DNA of 64,000 bases from an uncultured Gemmatimonadales bacterium (GTDB lineage: Bacteria > Gemmatimonadota > Gemmatimonadetes > Gemmatimonadales > Gemmatimonadaceae): contig CAWKMU010000003.1 in the NCBI GenBank assembly GCA_963850905.1, forward strand, positions 3,040,001 through 3,104,000, read 5' to 3'. Every line of letters begins with the position of its first letter. Position 1 is the stretch's first letter. Made by a program: the position numbers and the translations under genes. The notes below the pieces were generated by a model. That model was not told where the DNA came from, did not search any database, and saw only the letters and a program-made list of their open reading frames with translations. Of this stretch, positions 28,091-38,065 are shown piece by piece.

Positions 28091-29853
28091 ACGACATACG
28101 TTGTCTTGCGCTCGCCGCCGCTTTGGCAGCTGCCGCGGCGCAGCCCGCTCTGGCGCAGCAGCAGGGCTCCGACACGGGCGCGATGGCCGGGATGAAAATG
28201 GGCGGCGGCGGATCCGCCACGCCAGCGAATGCTGCTGGTGACATGGCGTCCATGCCGGGGATGGGGGGCGGCATGGACCGCATGGTCCCGATGCCCAAAG
28301 GCATGCCGATGATGGCTGGGATGGATGGTGCCAAGCCGACCGCGGATCCTTACCTGCCGGGGGCGGGGATCGACCCCGCGACGCTGCCGATGGCTGAGCC
28401 CCGCAAGGTCGTCACGCTCGCCAGCGGCGACACATTCAATCTCGAGGCGCGGATCGTGCGACGCGTCATCAATGGCCGCACGTTCGTGATGTACGGCTTC
28501 AACGGGCAGTACCCCGGTCCGTTGATTCGTGTCAAGCAAAACACGACGATCACGGTTCGCTTCACGAATCACATCGATCAGCCATCCGCGGTGCACTGGC
28601 ACGGCGTCCGCCTCGACAACCGGTTCGATGGAGTGCCGGGACTCACGCAATCCGCGGTCGCTCCGGGCCAGACGTTCTTCTACACCGTGCACTTTCCCGA
28701 CGCCGGGATCTACTGGTATCACCCGCACGTGCGCGAGGACCTGGAACAGGGACTCGGCTTGTTCGGGAACATGATAGTAGACTCGCCCGATCCGGCGTAC
28801 TATAGCCCGGCCAACAGCGAGCAGGTCCTGATGCTCGATGACTTGCTGATCGACCAGAATGGTTTGTTTCCCTTCGGCAAGGACAACCCTGACTTCACCA
28901 TCATGGGACGGTTCGGCAACGTCCTGCTCGTGAATGGCGAGCCGCGCTACACCCTCGCGGTCCACAAGGGCGATGTCGTCCGATTCTTCATTACCGACGT
29001 GTCGAACACGCGCAGCTGGAACATCAATTTCGGCGGCGCCCCGATCAAAGTGGTCGCGGCCGACGTGAGCAAGTTCGAGCACGAGTTGATGACGCCCAAC
29101 GTCACCATCGTGCCCGCACAGCGGTATGTCATCGAGGTGCAGTTCGACAAGCCGGGCACGTTCCCGATCCTCAACGAGGTGCAGGGACTCAACAATTTTC
29201 AGGGCGAGTATTTCTCCGAAGTCGACACGGTCGGCACGGTCACCGTTGCCCCGGAGGCGAGCGGCCAGAATTACAGCGCTGCGTTCGCGACGCTGCGTGC
29301 CAACAAGGACGTCAGCGCCGACATCGACCACTACCGCTCGTACTTCGATAAGGCGCCGGACAAGCAGCTCGAGCTCACCGTCAACATTCAGGGCCTGCCC
29401 ATCCCGCTCGTCGCCTTCATGTCGATCGACACGATGTACTTCTCGCCCGTCGAGTGGAACGACGGCATGCCGGACATGAATTGGATCTCGACGACGAAGC
29501 AGGTGAAGTGGATCATGCGCGATGTGCAGACCGGCAAGGAGAACGAGGACATCGACTGGCAGTTCAAGCAGGGCGACGTCGTGAAGATCCGTATTCACAA
29601 CAATGCCCTGTCGATGCACCCGATGGGACACCCCATCCACTTTCACGGTCAACGATTCCTCGTGCTGTCACGCGACGGCGTCCCGAACCCGTACCTCGCG
29701 TGGAAAGACACCGAGCTCATTCCCGTTGGCCAGACCGTCGACATCCTCCTGGACGCGTCGAATCCCGGCAAGTGGATGGCGCATTGCCATATCGCCGAGC
29801 ATCTCGAGGCGGGGATGCATATGATGTTTACCGTGAGTCCGGCAGGGCAATAA
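28084..29853 (+). CDS. Multicopper oxidase (three-domain, CueO/CopA-like) with Met-rich N terminus
   Basis: Cu ligands HWH, YWYHPH, HPIHFHG, HCHIAEHLEAGM; NGQYPGP; GTG start 28084 with signal peptide. Confidence 0.93.
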   Translation: MLNDIRCLALAAALAAAAAQPALAQQQGSDTGAMAGMKMGGGGSATPANAAGDMASMPGMGGGMDRMVPMPKGMPMMAGMDGAKPTADPYLPGAGIDPATLPMAEPRKVVTLASGDTFNLEARIVRRVINGRTFVMYGFNGQYPGPLIRVKQNTTITVRFTNHIDQPSAVHWHGVRLDNRFDGVPGLTQSAVAPGQTFFYTVHFPDAGIYWYHPHVREDLEQGLGLFGNMIVDSPDPAYYSPANSEQVLMLDDLLIDQNGLFPFGKDNPDFTIMGRFGNVLLVNGEPRYTLAVHKGDVVRFFITDVSNTRSWNINFGGAPIKVVAADVSKFEHELMTPNVTIVPAQRYVIEVQFDKPGTFPILNEVQGLNNFQGEYFSEVDTVGTVTVAPEASGQNYSAAFATLRANKDVSADIDHYRSYFDKAPDKQLELTVNIQGLPIPLVAFMSIDTMYFSPVEWNDGMPDMNWISTTKQVKWIMRDVQTGKENEDIDWQFKQGDVVKIRIHNNALSMHPMGHPIHFHGQRFLVLSRDGVPNPYLAWKDTELIPVGQTVDILLDASNPGKWMAHCHIAEHLEAGMHMMFTVSPAGQ

Positions 29854-29997
29854 CGGCGGGATCAGGGGCCAGGGGTCAGGGGTCAGGGGTCAGGGACCAG
29901 GGAACAAATCGAAAGGCCAGTCACAGCGCACCGTGACTGGCCTTGTCGTTTGTTCTGACCCCTGACCCCTGACCCCGCCCCTGATCCCGCCGTTATT
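29849..29997. repeat. GGGTCAG heptamer-arm palindrome with AAGGCCAG core; likely bidirectional terminator
   Basis: About six heptamers left and four to five right; core AAGGCCAGTCAC..GTGACTGGCCTT; between convergent genes. Confidence 0.8.
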
Positions 29998-30000
29998 GCC

Positions 30001-30762
30001 CTACTGTAGCTTCGTCACCTGTGCCCGATACATGACTACTAGCGGCCCATCCTGGCCGGGCCGCGTCTCGGGCCAGAGCGCAAGCGCCCAGCCGGCACCG
30101 AGTGACAGACGCAGGCCGCGTGTGGGCAGGTCGGTGAGCAGATTGCCACCACGCGTGAGGTCACCGGTCGGGATGTGCACGAGGAGTGAATCGGCAAACG
30201 GCCCGTAAATGGCCGGGAGTGTCGCACGCACGATTTGTTCGAACTTCTCGGGACGACGCGTCCGCGATTGCGGTGTATCGAAGTGCACGGTCACGCTGTC
30301 GCCCCGGCGAATGGCGACGACGCTGTCGCGCAGTCGCGTTGCGCCCTCGGCCACGATCGGGAGCAGCGGCGGTGTCTGCGGAAGCGCTGGTGCAGGTGGC
30401 ACTGTCAGGAGTGCAACAGGCAGAAACATGCGACCCACATCCTCGTGCGCGACTCGTGTGGCGGCCGCGACCGCGCGGGCGCGGCTCGCTCGAGCGACCG
30501 TGTGCATGCGCGTGCGGAACGCATCGACGGCCGTCTCCGCGGCTGCGAGGATCTCCGTCGGTTGCGACCCGACAAGCGCCACCGTCAGACCACCGACAGC
30601 GGTCAACACGGCTCCAACCGCAATGGTAATGAGCGCCGCTTTCAGCGCGACGCGACGCCGACGCCTACGTACGGCTTGGCGCGCCTCACGTCGGCAGTGC
30701 AGGCAGACGGTGGTGCCCGGACGTGGCTCGTGCGGGCACGCTCCAAGACTCTGTGGCGACAT
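30001..30762 (-). CDS. Hypothetical membrane-anchored protein with N-terminal Cys/His motif
   Basis: CPHEPRPGTTVCLHC, Arg-rich stretch, TM helix, C-terminal domain VHFDT..RTRRPEKFE. Confidence 0.65.
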   Translation of the reverse strand: MSPQSLGACPHEPRPGTTVCLHCRREARQAVRRRRRRVALKAALITIAVGAVLTAVGGLTVALVGSQPTEILAAAETAVDAFRTRMHTVARASRARAVAAATRVAHEDVGRMFLPVALLTVPPAPALPQTPPLLPIVAEGATRLRDSVVAIRRGDSVTVHFDTPQSRTRRPEKFEQIVRATLPAIYGPFADSLLVHIPTGDLTRGGNLLTDLPTRGLRLSLGAGWALALWPETRPGQDGPLVVMYRAQVTKLQ

Positions 30763-30971
30763 CGGGCAACCCAACGCTGAGACGACAGGGAGCCGCGACC
30801 GAGCGAGATGCACCGGCCGGGCAAGTGGCTGACGACGACGCGAAGGCGCGCGTAACTGTGCGCCGCGCGTGATGAGGACGCAAGCGAGAACACGACGAAC
30901 GAGCTCGGCCGGATGGCGACGCATGCTCGCCCTGCTGAGCTCGGCATGCGGCGACAAACCTGCTTTGGCGG

Positions 30972-30995
30972 GTAGGGGCGACGCATGCGTCGCCC
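30972..30995 (+). repeat. GTAG-type REP hairpin
   Basis: GTAGGGGCGACGCATGCGTCGCCC. Confidence 0.8.
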
Positions 30996-31026
30996 TTTCA
31001 AATGTCGCCGCCCGTACATACCCGCG

Positions 31027-31413
31027 TTACGCGGCCTTCGGCGGCGTAGGCTGCGGCGACAGGCGTATGATGGTTGTCACCGCCATCACGAAGGCGCTCG
31101 TGAACGCGAGCGGGAGGAGCACCCAGAAGGCGACCGTTGCGTCCGTGATCTCACGCGGGGTTGGCGGATGCCCCGACCATGCGGCCGCACCTTCTCTACG
31201 GATATAGCTGGCCCATGCGCACGCCGCCCCCAGCACGGCCACGAGGACCCAGCCCTCAGCGACGTGCAACCAGGACCCGCGATGGATACGCTGGCGGTAT
31301 GGCGGTGAGACCACCGACGCCGCCAAAACGAACGCCCCGTAGCCGACGCAGAGAATCCAGTAGGCGATGTACACCGCGTTTGCGGCACTAGACATCTGGA
31401 TGTATTCGTGCAT
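31027..31413 (-). CDS. Hypothetical membrane protein
   Basis: Three hydrophobic segments; start uncertain. Confidence 0.5.
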   Translation of the reverse strand: MHEYIQMSSAANAVYIAYWILCVGYGAFVLAASVVSPPYRQRIHRGSWLHVAEGWVLVAVLGAACAWASYIRREGAAAWSGHPPTPREITDATVAFWVLLPLAFTSAFVMAVTTIIRLSPQPTPPKAA

Positions 31414-31536
31414 CTGAGGCGCGAAGAAGGTACCGGTGATGGTACGGCGCCTGCCGCTGCTACGCCAGCCCCAGGAACTCGACCGCTCCGCCACGCTCGC
31501 CTGGACACCTCACCGACCTGAAGCCCCTATCGACCA

Positions 31537-32607
31537 ATGCGAGGCACGCTCCTGCTCGGCATGGCTCTGCTAGCGCCCTTCGCCCGCGCGCAGGATACGA
31601 CAGGCACCGTGCAGGGCCGCGTGCTGTCGACCGACAATCAACAGCCGCTGGCATTCACCACGGTCACGCTCGATTCCAATGCACGAGCGGTATTCGCCGA
31701 CTCGTCCGGCAGCTTCCGGATGGCGAGGATCAGCGCCGGGCAGCATCACCTGCGGGCACGGGAACTGGGATACCTCCCCCTCGACACCACCGTCGGGGTG
31801 CAACCCGGGCAAACCGTTGAGCTGGTCCTTACCCTGGGCCGAGTGCCCAACATCGCGCCGTACATCCTGCCACCGGTCGCAGTCAAGGGAAGCAAGAAAT
31901 GCCGAAGCCCCGGCATATCCGACTCCACGATGAGCCCGGACGTCGTCACACTGGCGACGCAACTCGTGGTAAACGCGCAGCGGGTTCACCTGCTCGTGGT
32001 GCAGGAGCCTTACGAGTACTGGATCGAGAGTACGATCTCCAGCCACCATGAGTACCAGCCAGAGCGCGACGCGGAAGACGTGGACACACTGGTCTTCCGT
32101 AGCGATATCCGACATGCCTACCGGCCGGGTGACATCATCGATCCGCGGCTGATCGGCCGACGGCTGAGCGGGCGTGAAGAGAGAAACGTCGACTATATCT
32201 ACCTGCCTGAATTGGAGGACCTGGTAGAACCGAGCTTCATGTCGCACCACTGCTTCACATTCGGCGGAGTCGATACCGTGGCGGGGCAGCCCGAGCTCAG
32301 GATCGACTTTCGACCGCTCGACAAGATGCGGTCCGCGGACGCCGAGGGCTCTTTCTTTCTCGACCCGAGTCGCTTCGTCGCCAAACGAGCCATCCTGCGG
32401 ATGACGAAAGGCGACCATGAAGTGCCGCCTATCTGGCACCTCGAGGCACTCATCTGGTATCGGGAGATTGCCCCCCTCATCGTGGTTGAGGACTCGGCGC
32501 GCTTCACCCTCGTGGGCGGCTCGGCGTTGAGCGGTGGAGAAGTCACTCAGATCGAGCAGCAGCGCGTCATCCAGTACCATCCACGGCGCTCGACGAGCGC
32601 ACGGTAG
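31537..32607 (+). CDS. Secreted protein with carboxypeptidase-like regulatory domain
   Basis: Signal peptide ARAQ; GTVQGRV..ADSSGSF..LRARELGY; C-terminal FMSHHCF, IDFRP. Confidence 0.75.
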   Translation: MRGTLLLGMALLAPFARAQDTTGTVQGRVLSTDNQQPLAFTTVTLDSNARAVFADSSGSFRMARISAGQHHLRARELGYLPLDTTVGVQPGQTVELVLTLGRVPNIAPYILPPVAVKGSKKCRSPGISDSTMSPDVVTLATQLVVNAQRVHLLVVQEPYEYWIESTISSHHEYQPERDAEDVDTLVFRSDIRHAYRPGDIIDPRLIGRRLSGREERNVDYIYLPELEDLVEPSFMSHHCFTFGGVDTVAGQPELRIDFRPLDKMRSADAEGSFFLDPSRFVAKRAILRMTKGDHEVPPIWHLEALIWYREIAPLIVVEDSARFTLVGGSALSGGEVTQIEQQRVIQYHPRRSTSAR

Positions 32608-32678
32608 CGGTCGTCCGGCGCGGATCGCGGCGACGACGGGTACCGGACGGGCGGTCAGACCCGCATATTTACCGCCGG

Positions 32679-33298
32679 ATGCGATCGGCGCCGAACACAA
32701 CCGCGACAACACTCCTCGACTCGCGTGCCATGGACCGCACGCTCCGACGGATGGCCGATGAGATCGTCGAGCTGAACGACGGCACCGACGACCTGATGAT
32801 CATTGGAATCCAGCGCCGAGGGGTGCAGCTCGCAGACCGAATCGCCCGCCTCATCGAGGAGCGGGAAGGGGTGGCCCCTCGCCGCGGCGCGCTCGACATC
32901 ACGCTATACCGTGATGACCTCCAGACCGTCGGCCCACGACCGGTCGTCGGCCCGACTGACATTCCATGGGACATGGATGGCGCCCGTGTAGTGATCGTCG
33001 ATGACGTGCTGTACACGGGGCGCACCGTCCGGGCCGCGCTCGACGAGCTGGCGGACTTCGGCCGTCCAGCTCGAATCGCGCTCGCCGTCTTGATCGATCG
33101 CGGGGGCCGCGAGCTGCCGATCCATGCCGACGTCGTCGGCAAGCGCGTCGACTTGCGACCGGATCAGCGGGTCGACGTGCTCGTCAACGAGCTCGATGGG
33201 CGCGATGCCGTCATCGTCGTGCCAAAGAAGCGCCGTCCGCGGGCAGCGCGGCCGATAGCGAACGGGTCGCGAGCCGAAAGGGGGACGCCTCGACGTGA
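32679..33298 (+). CDS. pyrR: Bifunctional pyr operon regulator / uracil phosphoribosyltransferase PyrR (C terminus obscured by probable indel)
   Basis: [42 protein letters not shown]; frame reads through into pyrB; true stop likely 33258 or 33298. Confidence 0.92.
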
Positions 33299-34259
33299 CC
33301 CATGCGCTCGGCAAGGATCTGCTTGGCCTCGAAGCTTTGTCCCCCGAACAGATCCGGCTCATCCTCGACACCGCCGAGCCATTCAAGGAAATCAGCGAAC
33401 GTGCCATCAAGAAGGTGCCGGCACTTCGTGGCTCGACCATCGTCAATCTGTTCTTCGAGCCGTCCACGCGCACCCGAGTCTCGTTCGAGTTCGCCGAGAA
33501 GCGTCTCTCGGCCGACACTGTCAACGTCGCGGCCTCGGGCTCGAGCGTCTCCAAGGGTGAGACGCTGGTCGACACGGCACGGAATCTCGAGGCGATGCGG
33601 ATCGACATGGTCGTCATGCGGCACGCCTGCGTCGGGCGCGGCACAGTTTCTGGCCGAGCGCATCGAGTCCAATGTGATCAACGCCGGCGACGGGACACAC
33701 GAACATCCCACGCAAGGACTGCTCGACCTGTTGACGCTGCGTGACCGCTTTGGCGATCTTCGCGGGCTTCGCGTGTGTATCGTCGGAGACGTACTACACT
33801 CGCGCGTCGCACGGTCGAATATCTGGGGCCTTCAGAAGATGGGCGCGGAGGTCGCGGTCTGCGGCCCACGATCGCTGCTGCCGAGTGCGATCGAGGAGTT
33901 CGGCGTCACGGTTTTCGACCGCGTCGAAGCGGCGATCGAGTGGGCGCAGGCGCTCAACGTGCTGCGGCTGCAGCTGGAACGCATGACCGCTGGCTATATC
34001 CCTTCTCTACGTGAGTACAACCGGGTCTTCGGTATCACTCGCGAGCGTCTGGCGCGGGCCGGCCACGACGTGCTCGATTCTGCATCCCGGGCCGATGAAT
34101 CGCGGCGTCGAGATCGACTCGGATGTCGCCGACGGCCCCTGCAGCGTGATCCTCAATCAGGTGACAAACGGCGTGGCCATTCGGATGGCCGTGCTCTACC
34201 TCTTGGCGGGTGGGCGCCCTGAGCTCGCCGAGGCGGCCAAGGCCGGGGGCGACCGATGA
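33295..34259 (+). CDS. pyrB: Aspartate carbamoyltransferase catalytic subunit (apparent +1 frameshifts at ~33628 and ~34076)
   Basis: [54 protein letters not shown] spread over three frames. Confidence 0.93.
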
Positions 34260-35560
34260 GCCGACCGCTCTTGCTCCAGGGTGGACGGATCATCGATCCG
34301 TCCCAGGGACTCGACATGGTCGGCGACGTCGTGCTGATCGATGGCAAGGTCGATCACGCCGGCGCCCGTGTCGCCGCGCCGGATGCCGCCGAAATCGTCG
34401 ACTGCAGCGGCGCAATCGTGTCGCCCGGATTCATCGACGTGCACTGCCACCTGCGCGAGCCGGGGCGCGAGGATGTCGAAACGATCGCGACCGGCGCTCG
34501 AGCCGCGGCTGCCGGCGGGTTCACCGCGGTCTGCGCAATGCCCAACACGGATCCGGTCACCGACAACCAGGCGGCCGTCGGCTTCGTGATGCGGCAGGGG
34601 TTGGCGGCCGGTGCGGCACGCGTGTACCCGATCGGGGCGATCTCGGTTCGTCAGCAGGGCGAGTCGCTGGCGGAGGTGGGGGAGATGGTCGGAGCCGGGG
34701 CGGTCGCCATCAGCGACGATGGGAAGCCCGTGGTCAGCGCCCATTTGATGCGCACGGCGCTCGAGTACGCCCGCACCTTCGACATCCCCGTTGTCGACCA
34801 CTGCGAGGAACCGACGCTCGCAGCCGGCGGCGCGATGAACGAGGGCCGCGTCAGCGCGCGACTCGGGCTGCGGGGCGTGCCGAGCGAAGCAGAAGAGATC
34901 ATGGTCATCCGCGACATCCTGCTCAGCCGGCGAACTGGCGGCCACGTGCACCTCGCGCACATGAGCACACGCGGATCGGTCGAGCTCATTCGGTGGGGGA
35001 AGGAGCGCGGCATCACGGTGACGGCGGAGGTCTGCCCGCACCATCTCTCCCTGACGGAGGACGCGGTCGAGGGCTACAACACCAACGCGAAGATGAATCC
35101 GCCGCTGCGCACCGCTGCGGACGTCCAGGCTTTGCAGGAGGCGATTCGGGACGGGACCATCGACGTGATCGCCACGGACCATGCCCCACACCACTACGAC
35201 GAGAAGGAGCGGGAGTTCGCGGACGCCCCCAACGGCATCGTCGGACTGGAAACGGCGCTCGCCGTCGTTGTCACGACCCTCGTTGGTGGTGGGTACCTCG
35301 ACTTCGGAGCCTTGATCGAGCGCATGTCGGTCGCCCCGGCCCGCATTTTCCACCTCCCGGGCGGGTCATTGGCCCGCGGGCGTCCGGCGGACGTGACGGT
35401 GTTCGATCCCGAGGCGGACTGGGTCGTCGATCCCTCGAAGTTTCTCTCGAAGGGCCGCAATACGCCGTACGCCGGTCACCGGCTTCGCGGCCGAGCGGTC
35501 TGCACCGTTGTCGGGGGTCGAATCGTCTATCATATTGGCGCTAATCACATTGCCCGATAA
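34256..35560 (+). CDS. pyrC: Dihydroorotase
   Basis: [43 protein letters not shown]. Confidence 0.95.
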   Translation: MSRPLLLQGGRIIDPSQGLDMVGDVVLIDGKVDHAGARVAAPDAAEIVDCSGAIVSPGFIDVHCHLREPGREDVETIATGARAAAAGGFTAVCAMPNTDPVTDNQAAVGFVMRQGLAAGAARVYPIGAISVRQQGESLAEVGEMVGAGAVAISDDGKPVVSAHLMRTALEYARTFDIPVVDHCEEPTLAAGGAMNEGRVSARLGLRGVPSEAEEIMVIRDILLSRRTGGHVHLAHMSTRGSVELIRWGKERGITVTAEVCPHHLSLTEDAVEGYNTNAKMNPPLRTAADVQALQEAIRDGTIDVIATDHAPHHYDEKEREFADAPNGIVGLETALAVVVTTLVGGGYLDFGALIERMSVAPARIFHLPGGSLARGRPADVTVFDPEADWVVDPSKFLSKGRNTPYAGHRLRGRAVCTVVGGRIVYHIGANHIAR

Positions 35561-35669
35561 TGAACGGGCAATGTGCCCGAAATTGACGATCGACGGGTCA
35601 GGCAGCGGGCACAACGTGCTCCTGGCAGGGAAAAAGGAAAGGGGAGGGACGGACCTGAGGCATCGACCG

Positions 35670-35693
35670 GTAGAGGCGACGCATGCGTCGCCC
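35670..35693 (+). repeat. GTAG-type REP hairpin
   Basis: GTAGAGGCGACGCATGCGTCGCCC. Confidence 0.75.
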
Positions 35694-35707
35694 GTCGTGG
35701 GGATTAG

Positions 35708-36808
35708 GTGGCAATGGCTACGCTGACGGCGGACAAACCCAAAGACGCGATCGCGGCCCTCCTCCAGGAGCGTCAGCGGTACGAGCAATGGCTGGCTGCG
35801 CTCGAGTCTCGACGCGCCGTCACGCCGCCCAATGTCTACTCCCGAGTTCGCACCGACTACGAAGGCCGCTTGTCTCGGGTCATCGACGACCTCGGTGGAC
35901 GGACGGCGGAGCTGCAGCAGGTCGTCGACGCGCTCTCGAGCCAGGTCGCGTCCATTCAGGACGAGGAAAGCGCCAAACGCGACCTGCAGGCGGAGGCGGA
36001 GTTGCGAGCGGCCGTTGGGGAGTACTCGCCCGAACAGTGGCGAGAGGTAAGTCAGACCAGCCAGACTGAGTTGGCCCGACTCGCCGGACTGAAAGCCGAT
36101 GCCGCGTCCGAGCTCGCCCAAATCCAGCAGCTCCTGAACATGGCGAGCGCGCGGCGCCCTGGCGGACCACCGGTTTCCGCGTCCGTTGCGGCAGCCACCG
36201 TTGCCCAACCACCAGCGGCCTCTGCACCACGCGTCGCTCGGCCAGGCGAGCCGGTCACCGCCGGACGGGTGGCGCCTCGCGCCGGTGAGCCAACCACGGG
36301 TGCCAGTCGAGCACCCCGGCCTGATCGCGGGAGCGAGGGCGCCACCTTCGACGAACTGGCGTTCCTGCACTCAGTCGTAGAGCCAAAGCCCGCTGCGGCC
36401 GGTCAGGCGACGCGGCTGCCGGGGGAGCCGTCCACGCGCCCGCCGGTCGTCCCGCCCCCACCGGCGCCAATCCCGGCTACGCCGCCGCCGCGACCAGCGA
36501 TTCAGCCAACCGCCACCGCGCCCGCACCTGCGCCTGTGGCGGCGAAGCCAGCCCCAGTTCCCGCCGCCGCCCCAGCAGCTCCTACCGTCACGCCTCCCGA
36601 AACCGCGCTAATCAACGCGGCGCCGACCACCGCGCCGACCAGCGAGAGCCAACGTCGCCGGATCGACGACTCCCACGCAGTCCCCGTCTTCCTTCGCAAT
36701 GTGCCATCGGAGCAGGTCAAGACGCTGAAGTGCGCCGAGTGCGGCACCATGAACTATCCGACCGAATGGTATTGTGAACGCTGCGGAGGCGAGCTGGCGG
36801 CAATGTGA
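35708..36808 (+). CDS. Hypothetical coiled-coil protein with Pro/Ala linker and C-terminal zinc ribbon
   Basis: N-terminal heptad-like helices; FDELAFLHSV; CAECGTMNYPTEWYCERCG. Confidence 0.8.
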   Translation: MAMATLTADKPKDAIAALLQERQRYEQWLAALESRRAVTPPNVYSRVRTDYEGRLSRVIDDLGGRTAELQQVVDALSSQVASIQDEESAKRDLQAEAELRAAVGEYSPEQWREVSQTSQTELARLAGLKADAASELAQIQQLLNMASARRPGGPPVSASVAAATVAQPPAASAPRVARPGEPVTAGRVAPRAGEPTTGASRAPRPDRGSEGATFDELAFLHSVVEPKPAAAGQATRLPGEPSTRPPVVPPPPAPIPATPPPRPAIQPTATAPAPAPVAAKPAPVPAAAPAAPTVTPPETALINAAPTTAPTSESQRRRIDDSHAVPVFLRNVPSEQVKTLKCAECGTMNYPTEWYCERCGGELAAM

Positions 36809-36811
36809 GGG

Positions 36812-36910
36812 GCTAGACGCTAGCAGACAAAACCCGAGGGCCAGCTGCAATGCGCCGCAGCTGGCCCTCGGGTTTGTTCTAGCGTCCAGCGTCTAGCGTC
36901 CGGCGTCTAG
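36812..36910. repeat. TRGACGC heptamer-arm palindrome with GAGGGCCAG core; likely bidirectional terminator
   Basis: AACCCGAGGGCCAGCTGC / GCAGCTGGCCCTCGGGTT between convergent genes. Confidence 0.78.
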
Positions 36911-37137
36911 ACCTTGGCCATCCTGCTCTTATGTCTCGCGGCCGAATTCCGGTGAATCAGTCCTTTGCGGGCCGCGCGGTCGAGGAGGCGAGTCGCGGCG
37001 AGTCGATCGGCTGTCGACGCGCCGGCGGTCGTGGCTCGCTTGAGCGCGGTTCGAAGGGCGGAGCGTTGGGCCCGGTTCCGGACCGTGGCCGCCCGGGTCT
37101 TGCGCATGTTTTTCTTCGCGGACGCGATGTTCGGCAC
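36907..37137 (-). CDS. rpsT: 30S ribosomal protein S20
   Basis: MPNIASAKKNMRK..RNRAQRSALRT..LDRAARKGLIHRNSAARHKS; GGAG RBS before GTG. Confidence 0.95.
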   Translation of the reverse strand: MPNIASAKKNMRKTRAATVRNRAQRSALRTALKRATTAGASTADRLAATRLLDRAARKGLIHRNSAARHKSRMAKV

Positions 37138-37247
37138 GCGGGATCTCCAGTCGGGGTCGAGGCGGGGAAACGGCGCGACAGCCGCCAGCAGCGCCCCGCA
37201 CAAGGCAGAACGGCCGGCCCATCGCGGACCGACCGCTCGCAGGCGAA

Positions 37248-37319
37248 AACGTATCGGCGCCAGGAGCCAATGTCAAGGCGCCACATTGCTTTGACACGTG
37301 TTGGGGGTGGGGCTACCTT
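37248..37319. promoter_or_regulatory. Back-to-back divergent sigma70-type promoters (rpsT and site-2 protease operon)
   Basis: Minus: TTGACA (37271-76)-17-TACGTT (37248-53); plus: TTGACA (37291-96)-17-TACCTT (37314-19). Confidence 0.75.
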
Positions 37320-37369
37320 CATGGCAGTCGCGCCCTGGTCGGGACCGAGCCACCCTCTGCCCACCCCCG

Positions 37370-38065
37370 TTGGCCCAGCAGCTCCTACTTCTCGCGCCGA
37401 TTCTCCTCTTCTCGATCATCGCGCACGAGATCGCTCACGGCTACGCTGCCTTGTCCCAAGGCGACCCGACCGCCTACAAGAAGGGGCGTCTGACGTGGAA
37501 TCCGATCAAGCACATCGATCCGATCATGTCGGTGATCCTGCCGCTGGCGCTCGCCGCAATGCACGCGCCAGTACTCGCAGGTGCGAAGCCCGTTCCAGTC
37601 GACCCACGAAATTACCGCAACTTCAAGCGGGGTGACATCATCGTGTCGCTCGCTGGCATCGCGGCGAACCTGGTGATCGCGATCGGTTGTACGGTCGCCA
37701 GCTTTCTTCTCGGAGCGCTGGGCAATGCGGTGCCGTCAATCGCACCCGTGTGCGGCATCCTGCAGGCGATGGCGCTCGTAGGTGTGTGGCTCAATCTGGT
37801 CCTCGCCGCCTTCAATCTCTTTCCCATCCCGCCGCTCGACGGTTCGCACGTCGTGAAATATTTGTTGCCGCCGGCGTTGGCGATCCGCTATCAGCAGATC
37901 GGTTTCTTCGGCATCTTCTTGCTCATCTTGCTGCTCAATACGCCGCTGCTCGCATTCTGGCTCGCGCCGGCGATCAACGGCACGCGATGGGTGCTGTCAA
38001 CCGTTGAGACGAGAGACCTGTTGTTGCCATCCGCACTCCCATGGGTGAGAGGATTCTTCACGTGA
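37370..38065 (+). CDS. Site-2 protease family (M50) membrane metalloprotease
   Basis: HEIAH, GDPT, NPIKHID, AKPVPVD, FNLFPIPPLDG; start uncertain. Confidence 0.9.
   Translation: MAQQLLLLAPILLFSIIAHEIAHGYAALSQGDPTAYKKGRLTWNPIKHIDPIMSVILPLALAAMHAPVLAGAKPVPVDPRNYRNFKRGDIIVSLAGIAANLVIAIGCTVASFLLGALGNAVPSIAPVCGILQAMALVGVWLNLVLAAFNLFPIPPLDGSHVVKYLLPPALAIRYQQIGFFGIFLLILLLNTPLLAFWLAPAINGTRWVLSTVETRDLLLPSALPWVRGFFT

Noticed and set aside
27464..29853. Frameshift-split single MCO gene
   Set aside because: The MCO ORF has its own signal peptide and overlapping GTG start; both ORFs look complete.
29849..29997. Tandem short repeats as a possible CRISPR array
   Set aside because: Units are 7 nt with no unique spacers and form inverted arms; no cas genes.
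1..32600. Prophage, integron or genomic island in the accessory half
   Set aside because: No integrase, transposase, phage genes, tRNA att site or obvious compositional shift; same repeat families as the core half.
32608..32678. PyrR-binding attenuator upstream of pyrR
   Set aside because: Only ~70 nt; no AGUCC-AGAGAG-like binding loop or U-tailed terminator found.
33295..34259. Programmed frameshifting or pseudogenisation of pyrB (also groEL, coaX, birA)
   Set aside because: No slippery sequences; same +1 signature in many unrelated genes; no other decay in the proteins.
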